Source of the DNA: Octopus bimaculoides
Taxonomy: Eukaryota
Direction: 5' to 3'
Assembly (NCBI RefSeq): GCF_001194135.2
Contig: NC_068987.1
Span: 35,330,745 to 35,394,744 of the forward strand
DNA length: 64,000 nt
Part shown: piece after piece, positions 1 to 12,300 of the stretch
Numbering within the stretch: the first letter of the stretch is position 1
How the letters are laid out: the number at the start of each line of letters is the position of its first letter
The notes under the pieces: generated by a model
Database searches by the model: none
What the model was told of the DNA's origin: nothing
The model's input: only the letters and a program-made list of their open reading frames with translations
Position numbers and translations under genes: made by a program

Positions 1-28
1 TCGACCTCGACGGAACTTAGCCCAGACA

Positions 29-620
29 ATGTATTTCAGACAAAAATCAAGCCTCCACACTGATATGATTATCCCAATCAGCATAAGTTTATCTGTCCAG
101 ACCTACCAAAAACTGAGCAAGTATAAAAATCTGGAATTAGGAATAGGCAAAATGTGGAACCTCAAGACTAAAATAATACTTGTCATACGTGCCCTTGGAA
201 TGATAACTAAAGGGTCTCATTGCTACTTATCCCAGATACCAGGAAATTCAAAAATGGACGAAATTCAAAAAAATATTGATCACGGAAACCTCTCACGTCC
301 TATGAAAACTACTGTCAATGTAATCTCCAAAACTTTTAAACTTGTAAATAGTGTCAAAATACCTTTAACTGTATAAAATAACCAACACCTTCTACTGCCA
401 TATTAACATCACAATATCATCTTATAATCAAATTAGTTTTAAAACAAACTTTTAATTTTCTAATGTTTTCACAGACATTCTCAACAGCAATACTTTGTCC
501 GAAGCCCAGAATACGCCACCCTAATCATAATACCAACTTGAACTTCTAACTTCTCTTTTAAGGTTTCTGGGTGAGAATTGGAGTCAGCTAGTACAAATAC
601 AAGGCAAAATCGTAATAGTA
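29..620 (+). mobile_element. 3' end of an R4/Dong-clade non-LTR retrotransposon (restriction-like endonuclease C-terminus plus 3' UTR), degraded
   Basis: ORF 29-376 reads ..TYQKLSKYKNLELGIGKMWNLKTKIILVIRALGMITKG..YLSQIPG..EIQK, matching the R4-clade RLE tail (KL.KY.DL..EI..MW.L..K..PV..GALG). The 3' UTR ends in an (AAT)/(GAT)n tract at about 612-650. Confidence 0.8.
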
Positions 621-646
621 ATAATGATGATGAAGATGATGATGAT

Positions 647-734
647 GATAATGGGGGCGTTTAACAAATAATAATGGAGACGTTTAACAGAATAATAATG
701 GGGACCTTTAATAATAATAATGGGGACCTTTAAT
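647..734 (+). repeat. Minisatellite, about 4 copies of a 21-22 bp unit (AATAATAATGGGGACCTTTAA-like)
   Basis: Direct reading: ataatgggggcgtttaac / aataataatggagacgtttaac / aataataatggggacctttaat / aataataatggggacctttaat. Confidence 0.85.
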
Positions 735-739
735 ATGTG

Positions 740-2490
740 AGAGCGATAAAACACTGCTCCGAAATCTATTCAAAACATCGGAAATAAAGAGAGCTAAAAA
801 TAGCTGACAAGGAGTTGGACTGTATCCGAGTAAGTAACACTCATTGAAATTTATTTCTATTTACGAAAGCAAATGATGTATTTAAATGGATATCATCTCA
901 ACTGCATACACAGCACACGTAAATACGCTCGCCACATTACGATCCCATCAACACTAGACCATATCTGTCCCCAAACACCATGCACAAAAACATTACAAAT
1001 AAATTAAATAACACCGGTATTATTCACCCCAAGAATAACAATTGGAAAGTACGTACTTTAAATGTGTTACATAAAACGTACGAAAAACTACACGTGCAAA
1101 ACAATTTAACATGAGAAATGATCACCGTCAAAATAAAGGGCCGGACGTTGTTCCTTATGCCCCGCAAATAAACTCAAAAAAGCATAAATGTGCACATGAG
1201 AAATGTATTTCAATCTTACACGCTTATTTTAGAGCAGTGCTCTACCCAAAGAACGAAAACAACACAAAATACACATAAAATTTGGAATCAAAATAACCTT
1301 AATAACGATTTGGCTACAGCAATGAACCCTAATAAACTAGCTAACATACGAAGATATATCCTCACAACAAATATATCAGAAATAGAAATAGAACACTTAA
1401 ATGGTAAAATATATCAGGAAAATGTAGTTAGTAGCCACACAGCAATGTCAGATACTATCACAAGTACTGGAACTGTAAAACACGAAGACAGACGTAACTT
1501 GTCCAACAAAACCGAAGTAAACAACGAAAGACAACGAACCCAGACCGTAGAAATGTATAATGACACCAAACCAGAACACCACAAACAAACGTATGAGCGG
1601 GAAGGAAGGCGATGCAAATCTAAAGCCTGGAAACAGTGAATGGGGAACCTAATGACTATGATACTCTAAGAATGAGCATAATGAAAAAATTGAAAACCAC
1701 CACCTCCCAAAAATCAAAATAGACAATAAAACAACATCAATAATACATAGCACGAACCTGACCGTCTCAGAACTAATAGTCACAGAAACAACTGTCAATA
1801 CCACCGAGCTAAATGACATAATATATGCAGCAGCCACTGTGGCCACAAATGAAGCTGGATGCTCCCTCAAACCCATCCAAACAGGAACACTACCACCGAA
1901 ACAAACCCTGTGCATAAATAATATTCAGAAAAAATAGAAAACAAGAGAAAAGATCTCTCAGTTCTTAACGAAACTAGTAGACAATCAACACTACTAAGCA
2001 ACAAGAAGGGAACAAAATACTGTGCAAATACAACATTACAGAAAAAGGTTTACCTGAGGTAAAAGAACAGCTAAAGCAAGATATCCTCGCCAAAGCACAA
2101 AGGATCTGCCCGTATGAGAAACGTCAAAGTTTCTTTGAACAAAACAAACAGTTCAACTCCAACCCCAAACGATTCTATCAAGAACTTGGTAAAAATTAAA
2201 TAGACATCAATGCAGCACCAACAGCAAAAGAAGTGGAAGAATTAAGTAAATAAATATGGTCGGCGAAGGAACAAGCTAAGAAAAGGGCTATCAAAACAAC
2301 GAACTTAGCACCTTGACAACTGTAGAACCCCTATAACAACTGAAGAGGTCACCCAAGCACTGCAAAACTAAGCAACTGGAAGGCACCTGGGTACGATAAG
2401 GTCCCCAACGTCTGGTTAAAATATCTGACAAGAACACACAAAATGCTGGCTTAAAATTTTAATGACATAATAGCAGAAACAGAGACAAGA
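740..2490 (+). mobile_element. R4/Dong-clade retrotransposon, 5' half (N-terminal domain to pre-RT motif), many stops and frameshifts
   Basis: THKIWNQ..MNPNKLANIRRYIL (ORF 1190-1639); EQLKQDILAKAQRI..YEKRQSFFEQNKQFNSNPKRFYQELG (about 2065-2195); NWKAPGYDKVPNVWLKYL (about 2373-2430). The 5' boundary is approximate. Confidence 0.75.
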
Positions 2491-2494
2491 CTTA

Positions 2495-4750
2495 GAGCAT
2501 AAAAAGACAGTATAATGTTGGAGATAACTGGACAGAAGGTGAGAAAGAGGACTGGATGAAGTTGAGCGAAAATGGGAGTCAAGTGGAATAGAAGAGCTAA
2601 AATATGTTCTTAGAAAGTCTCACGAAAGGAAAACACTATGAGTGGAGTGGATGCTAAACTTTAGGCTGAATTGTTTGACAGAAGTACACCAACATTTCGA
2701 TGCATATCTAACTAACGTCATTGATAACACATGACAAACACTTGCCTGGCTGCTTGAACAAACTACATATCTACTACCAAAAACTGAAGGCGCAAAAATA
2801 TAAAACAGCAACTACTACCGATCAATAACATAACTTAAGACCGCCTACAAGATCTTCATATCCATACTAACGGAAAGAATATACGCTTTCCTCAAAATGG
2901 TTGTAAAAGAATTAGTTATGGGTGCAAAGATCAATTAATCATAAATAAAATGATTGTAGAGGTTTGCCGGAGCAAAACAAGAACCTGAGTATGTTATGGA
3001 TATACTACGGAAACGTGTTTGATAGTGTCTCATATAACTGGCTACTCAAGGTCATTGAGATATACAAGATCTCTCCTTTCGTTTCCAAATACTTACGAAG
3101 TAGCATGGCCAAGTGGAACATACGTCTTTTTCTATACCATAGGAATGGGATGAGCCAATCCAAATGCATTATCATCAAACGGGACATCATTCAAAGTGAG
3201 TCCCCGTCTCCATTATTCTTTTGCATGTCACTGAACCAACTATCAAATGCATTGAATAACTCCGGGAATGGGTGCAAAATTTTTAACACCATAGTAAACC
3301 ATCTGCTTTATATGGACGATCTGAAGTTTTTTGCTAGGAATGACCAAGAAGTAGTAAGGCTGATAACAATTGTTAAAGTGGTTGGCAATAATATGGGTAT
3401 GGATTTCTAACTCGATAAGTGTGCTAAATTAACTTTTGTAAAAGGAAAGCTCAGACAAACCGCATAAATTAAATTAGATACCAACGCTACGATCAAGGAA
3501 TGTAACATGCAAGAAACTTATACATAGCTTTTAAAAAAAACAAGGAGATGGTTTAGCAAATGCTACTATGAAGGAAAAAGTAAGAAAGGAGTACTGTAAG
3601 AGAATAAGTCTTTTACTAAAGAATGACCTCAACTCGAAGACTCGGATCAACGCCATTAACACCCTGGCACTTCTAGTTGCCCAATACAATTCTGACATTG
3701 ATAAATGGAATCCTACGGAGCTCCAGCCCTTGGCAATAATACTGAATTAGATGAAGAACCTAAAACCACTGCTACCAAGTAAGGAAAACGAATAAAGCAA
3801 ACAGCAAAAAAGAAGGGCCAGAAAGAAATTGAGGTGCCGCAAGAAATACAGATGCCCCTGCAAGGACAGTTTATTCTTCGAAGTTAAAATGCTGATGTAC
3901 ACGAAGCAACAACTCATCAGTGGCTGAGAAGTTCAGGACTGAAAGCAGAGGCTAAAGTCTTGATGTTGGCAGCAAAATATCAACGCTTGCTTCCAAGAAA
4001 CAATGAGGCTAACGTTCTTCAAAATGGTACTGAGTCTTCTGCGACACATTTGACGACACAATAGACCATCTCGATCTGGGACACCAAACAAATGCAACAC
4101 TCGCCATGGTAGTGTAGGACAGTATTTACATTGGAAAATATGTAAACACAAGGAAATCAGCATTTCTACTAACTTGTATGAACATCACCCTGAGCCAGTT
4201 GTCGAAGGGAAAGATATCACTATCGTCTGAAATTTTACAGTGAAGAGTGACAGAACGATCCCGGTTAATCTGCCAGACATAATCATTAAAGACACAGAAG
4301 AAAATACTTGCAGACGAATGGATATAGGTGTTCCTACTGATAAAATATATATCTGTAGATATATTTGACAAACTTAATAAATAAAAGGAATTGGAAATTG
4401 AAATACAAAGATGTGGCATCTTAAGCAAAAAACAGTTCCTGTTATTGTGTCCTAGGTATGATAGGAAAAGGGATGTCACAATCATCTAGACAATATACCA
4501 TGCGAAACATGTCACAGAGGAGTCCAAAAAATTGTGCTGACAAGTACTGTTCACATACTTAGAAAAATCATATGAATTAAATTCATGTACTGTATTACGT
4601 AGAGATATTTCCTTACTACCCCTGCAAATTCCCCACACCAAGCTTTCGGTTATTGCGTAACATCTCATCCTTCTCTTACTCTAGGGCGCTACGTGTGTCT
4701 CAGCAAGTGATTGCAATAAACATTCATATTAAAAGTAAGCAATAATAATA
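2495..4750 (+). mobile_element. R4/Dong-clade retrotransposon, RT core, internal deletion near 3725, CCHC/RLE C-terminus and 3' UTR with (AAT)n tail
   Basis: TTYLLPK; GCKDQLIINKMI; LSMLWIYYGNVFDSVSY.WL; HLLYMDDLKFFA (ORF 2964-3410); RINAINTLA; HQWLRSSGLKAE; GQYLHWKICKH; N.PDIIIKDTEENTC; VQKIVLTSTVHILRK; ends aataataata at 4741-4750. Confidence 0.85.
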
Positions 4751-6562
4751 GCTATAGAAATAAGAACGTGTTTTGCATGGCATTTTGCATGGCATTCTGC
4801 AACTGTTTTCTCGCAGTTACGCACACAATGAGGAGTGCAGTCATTGGATGTGACGTTGAAATGTGAAGAAACATATATTGGCATTTCCGTCACGAAGTAA
4901 TTTCTAGTGTTGTGACCGGTATTTTTAACGAAATCCATAATAACATTCTTCAAAATACGGGCTTCATCAATATTTCTTATAAAAAGGTTACTAATAGTAC
5001 GAACAGTGTTCTTGATGTTACTTCTGGAAAATTCATTTATACATTCTGCAATAAATGTTTGCATATATCTAACCATAAATATAAAACTCCGAAAGAAGAG
5101 CGAAAAAAATGTTCAAACCGAAAAACCTGAAAATGGTAACAGTTAAATATATGAATAAGTGACAGATTTAATGATATGTCGGCATTAACAATGTAATGTT
5201 GAAACATTCGAATTACACATTTTTTTCTTTTACAGGAAGTCAGATAAAAAAAAAATAAATATATGCATGACGAGCAAAATATAAGTTGTTGAAGACCATT
5301 GTTATAAATACTATATATGATTCTGGGAAACTTATAGCAAGACATTTATTGCTTGATGATAAAAATGGATTTTCAAAAGTCATAAAACTTAGTATTATAT
5401 AAATGGCAACTTCTAAAAATGTGCAGTATTATTGTAAAACTATTTCGAGGCAATATAGAGTTGCACATATGAAAATTGTGAGAGAAACTTTTAGTGATTC
5501 TTTACATTGAAAGTTGGAATATGATTCTTTGTCGAACTCGATATAGAAAACTTCATGTGACAAATGCTATTTAATATATTTTGACACTAAACACTCTAAA
5601 CAAGAAAACTGTTAAAAGCTGGAGCACTTCATGAAGCCAAAAACAAAATACTACTTTACCTTATAGAGATTTTGCTCAGATACTTAAAAAAATATATATC
5701 ATAAAGTAACGAATGTAACTATAGACTATTTATATATTCAAAGCAGAATTATCATTCAAATATACAGCAAAAATCGAGTTTGACATTTAGTCTAAATTTC
5801 ACTAAAACACTTCTTTTCTTCTTATTGTTGGTTGTTTGCTACTCTTTGTTTTAGCATTCTTAAAAGTCTAAATTATATAGTCATAAAATGTCTCTCTCGT
5901 TCATTTCTATCGTTCTGATGGAAGGAAATTAACCAGGACGTGAATATGCATATATATGCATAAATGACACACGCTCTCTGAATAGTAAAACAATAATATA
6001 AATAAATTGACAATAAATGATATCTCGTGAATTCGAGGAAGGATGCAAGCATAACTTAAATAATAATTTAAAACATTTGAAAGAGTAAGTGGTATGATGT
6101 GGCAACTTAATGCTAATTACCAAGATATATGTGCAACAAGCCAGTTATCAGAAAGAGAGCAAGCAATGAATGGCAAAATAATAATCATTGACAACATTTT
6201 ACAGACGCTACATAGTAGGAAACGCTACAAAATAGGAAATGCGGGATTGTTACTGATGATATGTAGTATTGGAACGTAAAATGTCAAAAAATGCATATTA
6301 ATGGTTAATTAATATTAACTATTGCAAAAACTATTGCAATATTAACTATTGCACAAACGATTATATACATGCATAAACACGGATGTATACACATTTACAC
6401 CCAAACATACACAGAGACACGCGCTTATATATATATAAGCACGTGACGAAAATCTATAATCGTATCCTCCAAACGTTAAAAGATCTCTCTTTTTACCAAG
6501 CGTCGTGTGCACGTCCTCTTACTCTTCGTTATTATGTATATATATATTTTTCTTTGTTATTT

Positions 6563-6597
<35 letters not shown>

Positions 6598-6704
6598 NNN
6601 NNNNNNNNNNNNNNNNNNNNNNNNNNNNNNNNNNNNNNNNNNNNNNNNNNNNNNNNNNNNNNNNNNNNNNNNNNNNNNNNNNNNNNNNNNNNNTATGTAT
6701 ATAT

Positions 6705-6895
6705 ATATTTGTACCTGTATTTCAAAGGACCAGCCTTGTCACACTGTGTCACGCTGAATATCCCCGAGAACTACGTTAGGGGTACACGTGTCTGTGGAAT
6801 GCTCAGCCACTTGCACGTTAATTTCACGAGCAGGCTGTTCCGTTGATCGGATCAACTGGAACCCTCGATGTCGTAAGCGACGGAGTGTCAACAAT
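6705..6895 (+). mobile_element. SINE, 3' body of an abundant family (head lost in the adjacent gap)
   Basis: CAGCCTTGTCACACTGTGTCACGCTGAAT..CAGCCACTTGCACGTTAATTTCAC..GGAACCCTCG; a diverged second copy lies at 36440-36620. Confidence 0.7.
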
Positions 6896-7454
6896 ATATG
6901 TATATATATGTACACACACCTGCATGCACACACACATACATACACCCATATAGACCCACACACAATCACACACACGTACGCACAGGCATATATATGTAAT
7001 ACAAATGAGAGGCGTAAGTTAATGCTTTGTGTAAATAAATAAGCAGCGTGGCCATATATATCGTACGTCAAAATATATATATATTCACCACATGTTCAGA
7101 TCCATAATTATTAAATAATCACTGCATCTTTGAGTGGCTGTGTTCCATCTACGGTTGAAAGCATGTATCCCTGCTTCGTAATATTCAACTTCCTTGTGAC
7201 GTAGCCAATCACAGCAGTTTACACCTTTTCAATACTAACGTAGCGTTTCAGTATTGGTACCTCTTTCATTCGACCAAATAGATGGAAGACTCAGCAAGCC
7301 AGCTCAGATCAGTAGGAGGTGACTAAGTTGTCTATTTTGGTTATACTCAACGGTTTTGTTTGTTATTGTCAACTCTTCTGACTTCTTTCACTACTGCTCT
7401 TAGCAAGTTGCCTTGCTGAGTTCGCCTACGCAGTTTTCTGAACTATCGGACAGA

Positions 7455-7632
7455 GTTCTATATTAAAGAGATGAGTAATTATGTACATTATTTACATTAA
7501 TTACATTAGACGGATATTTGTCCTCATCTTGTTTGTTGTTAACATTTCGGCTGATATAACCTCCAAACCTCATCAGGTGTCTTCGGGAAATTTTGAACCT
7601 GGGTTCTCATTGCTATGGTATTTTCGATGTTG

Positions 7633-7685
<53 letters not shown>

Positions 7686-7980
7686 GTTATTATCATTATT
7701 GAGGTCATTACCTGGAATCAAACTTGGGGTTAGTTGCCCGTAGGTATATGGCGTAGCGGTTAAGAGAGCGGGCTACTAACCCTAATATTCCAAGTTCGAT
7801 TCTAGACAGTCACCTGAATAATAATAATAAACATCGAAAAATACCTTAGGAATTAGAACCCAGGTTCGATATTTCCCCAACACCCCTAATGAAAGCTGGA
7901 GGGTATATCAGCTGAAACGTTGTGTTAACAACAAACAAGATGAGGACAAATATCTGTCAAATGTAAATAATATTAATAAT
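7455..7980. mobile_element. Head-to-head inverted pair of the tRNA-headed hammerhead-bearing short element (copy 1)
   Basis: The left arm 7455-7740 is the reverse complement of the right arm 7741-7980. tRNA-like head at 7744-7815. Flanks CTATCGGACAGA (7443-7454) and CTCTCGGACACA (7981-7992) form a degenerate TSD. Both ribozyme cores are mutated. Confidence 0.85.
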
Positions 7981-8175
7981 CTCTCGGACACAGACTTGGT
8001 GGTTTCAGGAGGTCTCGTGTAACAACTAGCGTCAGAAGTGGGATATATTTACTGTTGCAATTAGCCAATTATTTGCTATGGAGTAGGAAGGAGTGCGCAC
8101 GAAGAAGCAAGCGGCGACGGAAGACGTGCTTCTGGCTATAGCCTTGAAGGTCTTACAAGACCGAAAATGATAAAC

Positions 8176-8304
8176 TGACTGAGGATGAGTAGAAAGCGCA
8201 AAACATGTCATCAGCGACATTTGACACAGTCGGATGGAATGGTGGAGCAGTTCAATTCGACAATAAGACAAGAACTAGCCAAGATCATACTGCCAACGCT
8301 TTAA
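8176..8304 (+). mobile_element. Gypsy-type LTR retrotransposon integrase remnant
   Basis: Frame reads ..HLTQSDGMVEQFNSTIRQELAKII, matching the integrase core motif HPQSDGMVERFNRTL..MLAK. Confidence 0.6.
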
Positions 8305-8489
8305 GCAGTCACGCGAATACAAAGAACTATTTTCTCCGTTTTCGTTTGCAAAACCAGGGAGCGGTGTTCTAATTTTCGTCGTACGAACGAGAAAGTATCT
8401 GAATATAATTGTTTTCGCTAGTAACAGTATATGTATACACACACACACGCGCGCACACATTCGTGTATATATATAAAATTATATATGCA

Positions 8490-8665
8490 TCTTATTTGCT
8501 TAAGTCATGAGATTGTGACCATGCTGGGGCACTGATTGAAGGAATTTCATAGTCGAATGTATTGACCCCATTAATCGTCAGTTTTGCCGAACCGCTACGT
8601 TATGGGGACGTAAACACGCCAGCACCGATTGTCCAGTGGTGATTGGGTGACACACACATATGTAT
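8490..8665 (-). mobile_element. SINE 3' segment (same family as 20385-20600 and 37675-37885)
   Basis: Shared TTTTGCCGAACCGCTA.GTTA.GGGGACGTAAACAC.CCAGCA.CG.TTGT block followed by (CA)n. Confidence 0.7.
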
Positions 8666-8716
8666 TGATATGTCTGTCTATCTCTCCTTTTCTCTGTCTG
8701 TCTATCTCTCCTTTTC

Positions 8717-8763
<47 letters not shown>

Positions 8764-9314
8764 GCATCAATGTACTCGTCCGATATTAACCAATCAGTTT
8801 TGCTCTCTACACTGCCCTGAAATCTTATTAAGTAATACATACATTGCTGGTATGCTTGATATGGTATTAGAGTAACGACAGTGATATTTATCGTTACGGC
8901 ATGCTTTAGATATCTTCTTAGCAGTTTTTTATTGCTCAAAGATAAGAGACGTCATTATTTAGGATTAAAACAAACGTCGTGGAGCTAATCGGCTTAATGA
9001 ACATAAAATAAAACAAAACTGGAAAAGAAAACATTATGCGACGTGAACTAATTTATTAAGATCGTGAAGACAGATTACTGATGAGCGATGTGGAAATGAA
9101 ATAAAAATAAATGAGAATTATTATAAAGAGAAGCATTCAAAAATGTGTTAAGTATAGTACAGAAGAATTAGAAAAGCAAAATTGTAAAATTAACTGTTTA
9201 TTTTTTTTTTCCATGTCCTCTACTTTTGACGTTGTCGTTTTGTTCTCGCACCCGTTGTTGTCTTTCTTATATTACTACGACTACTTCTGCTGCTGCTGCT
9301 ACTGTCGCCACCAT

Positions 9315-9347
9315 CATTACTACTACTACTACTACTACTACTACTAT

Positions 9348-9378
<31 letters not shown>
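9315..9378 (+). repeat. (TAC)n microsatellite
   Basis: Direct reading. Confidence 0.95.
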
Positions 9379-9382
<4 letters not shown>

Positions 9383-12300
9383 TACTGCCAACTTAACTTC
9401 ATTGGATTAATTTTTAAAATAAATTGAAATTTTACTCTTCATTGTATTTCCGATAGCATGTGTATTATTATTGCTTAACACTCTCTAATGGCCTTTCAAA
9501 AAGACCCACTTGGACTTCCTGATAGAGGTATTAGAAATATAACAAGATTATAACACATGACGTGTTTGATTTTTCTTCATGCATTCAAACTTGTTCTGGT
9601 AGTTTTTCCATACTGATAATGAAGTGAGGTAAGCTGTGAACTTTATTTGTTTGTGCTATAAGGCGTATGATACTCGTATATGCTGTAGAAATTAGTCAGA
9701 CCGGTATACTACTACTATTACTACTATTACTAGCAACAGCTACATGGGCACCCTATATATTCTATATTTTAATCTTGACTAATTGTGTAGGTTAGACAGA
9801 TGCATAAATGTTATGTACATTGAAAAAGAAATTGGTAGAGCACCTATGATTCAGGTTGATGCCGAGTTCCGCCTATCTCTAGCATCATTTTAAGACCATG
9901 GTAAAGTATATACACTGATTGTGATGCGTAGGCTGATCAGTCGCCAAGCCAAGTGTTGTTAAAGGAATATTCTGAAACGCACCACCTGCATTTAGAGACT
10001 TTTGAATTCTTCCTCGTTGACATTATTGATTTGGGGAGTTTTCTTTCTCTTTGTGAGATGTCAATATTATTTTCAATATTCTGCCTCATCTTTTTCTTTT
10101 TCGTCTCCTCCTACCTACTGTCATTCTATTTTTTTTTAATTTTCATTTATTCAAATGTAATTCAAATGTAATTGTAAATTACCGAATTCATTTTTTTTTT
10201 CTTTTTCATAGTCGTCATTACATTTGTTCATGTTACATGTCTTGATATTCGGTTACCCCCACTCAGCGAACATATATGTATACTCACCTCAACAACTCGC
10301 TATTGATCATTCTTCATTCGTCGTCACTTTCGCGATCCTGACAATTCGTGCTTCATACACACCGCCTATATTATCACTATCACCATTTCCACCATCATCA
10401 ATAGTTTCATTACCTTCATATTTAGTACTTATTAATTTTATCTTAATTAGTCTTCAACGTTTTCATTACCATTGCAATCTCCAGCACTATCTACTATATA
10501 ATCTACATCAGGATTAAGTTTGACTTTCGACTAACGCTTCTATGACCATTTTGATTTTACCACTTCCTATTACATACAAGCATCCATCTGCCTTTATTTT
10601 TACATTCACTGTACACATCCAACATTATCATTTAATCATAATTCAATTACCATATACTATCGCTATTCGGTATTTACGACTGCCCTTTACTATATGTCAT
10701 CTCCATCCACAAATCTATTTCTCTTCACAATCCGCCTATCTATCCAAACCTACCATTCACACATAGCGTTTCGCTTTACAACGCATAACAAATCGCTTAT
10801 GTTTTCATACGTCTTCCTTATCCCAATCTCTGCTGCCTTTACAGACCCATCATGTCTACATATACTAAAAGCTGAAAAAAATAATAAAAAGGTAAAAGAA
10901 AAACAAGAATTGCCTCAAACCTGATACTTGCTTTACATAACTAAGTAATTCAGTATGTAAAACTAATATATTCCTTGCCGCATAATAGTTTGTGGTGCAC
11001 ATGAGAAATGTATGCTTGGTTGCACAACGTGATATGTATTTCAATGACACTCTTGTGTAACATCACCGTATTTCTTCACATCCCTACTCAACACTCCCTT
11101 TTATTCCTTATCGCTTCTTCATCGATTTCGTATATAAACATATTACATATATCACATTTGTTTTCAAGTAGTTTCCTGATATTTCTGTAAACGATATTTT
11201 TTCTTCATCGTCAGTGGTTTTCAGGATAATACACATAAATTTATTCCTACTACTACTTATCATTCTCTTATTTCCTTTTTTCCTTTGCCTCTCCTACTAG
11301 TCACCATCACTATCAACTCAGTCAGGACCATGGATATAAAAAAGTATATCATCAATAGGATCATGATCATCGCGATGAGATGTTGCTATTACGGTGATAA
11401 ATATGACTTTCATTTTGTAACTATTGTTATCACCAGCATCATCGGCAGCAGCAACTACGCTGTCGTTGTCTCCATGGTCTCAATTATGTGTGCAATAATT
11501 ATTCCTTAAAAACTTCCTCACTACATTCATTGACACTTCTTATAAACAAATCCCCTAAATATGGCATTCTCATAAACACGGTAGTTATTCATAAGCTCAT
11601 AAGAAAGGACGAATGAATATGTGTGAGAATTGATTATTCAAAATGAGTAGAGATTAAAGAGTTTCATGGAATGATAATTCCTATCGCACGTAAATTATTG
11701 TATATCAAGAGACGTGGTGAAGCAATGCCATTAATATTCGCAGTCATAATCAAAATGTTATGATTGTTGTTAGATCTAAGTGAAACTTAATCGTACAAAA
11801 CTACGTTCAAAGGTGTTTCATTTGGCAGCATCCTGCCTCTTGATAAATATTTAGACGTATTTAATAAATCTGTAACGTTATACCACACAAAATATTTGTG
11901 TCCTTAACTTTGCCAACTAAGATGAACTTCAAATTCCTTTCTCAGTTATTTACATGCTTCACAATGCATACACCTACACAGAAACGTACGCTGAGAACAC
12001 AATCTTACATGCACACGCAACATAAAGCGTGCTTAGAAGTATACATTAGTCTCTCAACAATTCTAGTTCTTTGTTAAAAAATTACATATTTTGAGAAGCA
12101 TTATCACATCCAACACTTGTATCAGTGATTGTTCGGCAAGTTAATATCTATTTTTTTATTAATCATAGGGCCAAACATTGAGCTCCTTCAGGAACATAAG
12201 TACATTCAAAGTTTTGTCTTGATAACAGGTCATTCGCAAAACAATGCACACTTTTATTGTTATGAATTTAAAAGTTGTGTTAATCGGTCTGTTTATGCAA

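Noticed and set aside
647-734. Short direct repeats considered as a CRISPR-like array
   Set aside because: No unique spacers, eukaryotic context, no cas genes.
7744-7815. tRNA-like sequences with an ACT anticodon-like loop (also 15590-15640, 26015-26092, 59261-59335)
   Set aside because: These are SINE heads: the acceptor stem is not formed and they are embedded in repeats, so they are not called as tRNA genes.
9512-9546. CTGATAGA..GAAATATA hammerhead-like string
   Set aside because: The core has an extra base, there is no helix II and helix I is poor.
9790-9900. YIEKEIGRAPMIQVDAEF resembling the R4 thumb motif (LY..RKEGGRG..Q)
   Set aside because: Too short and diverged to support without a search.
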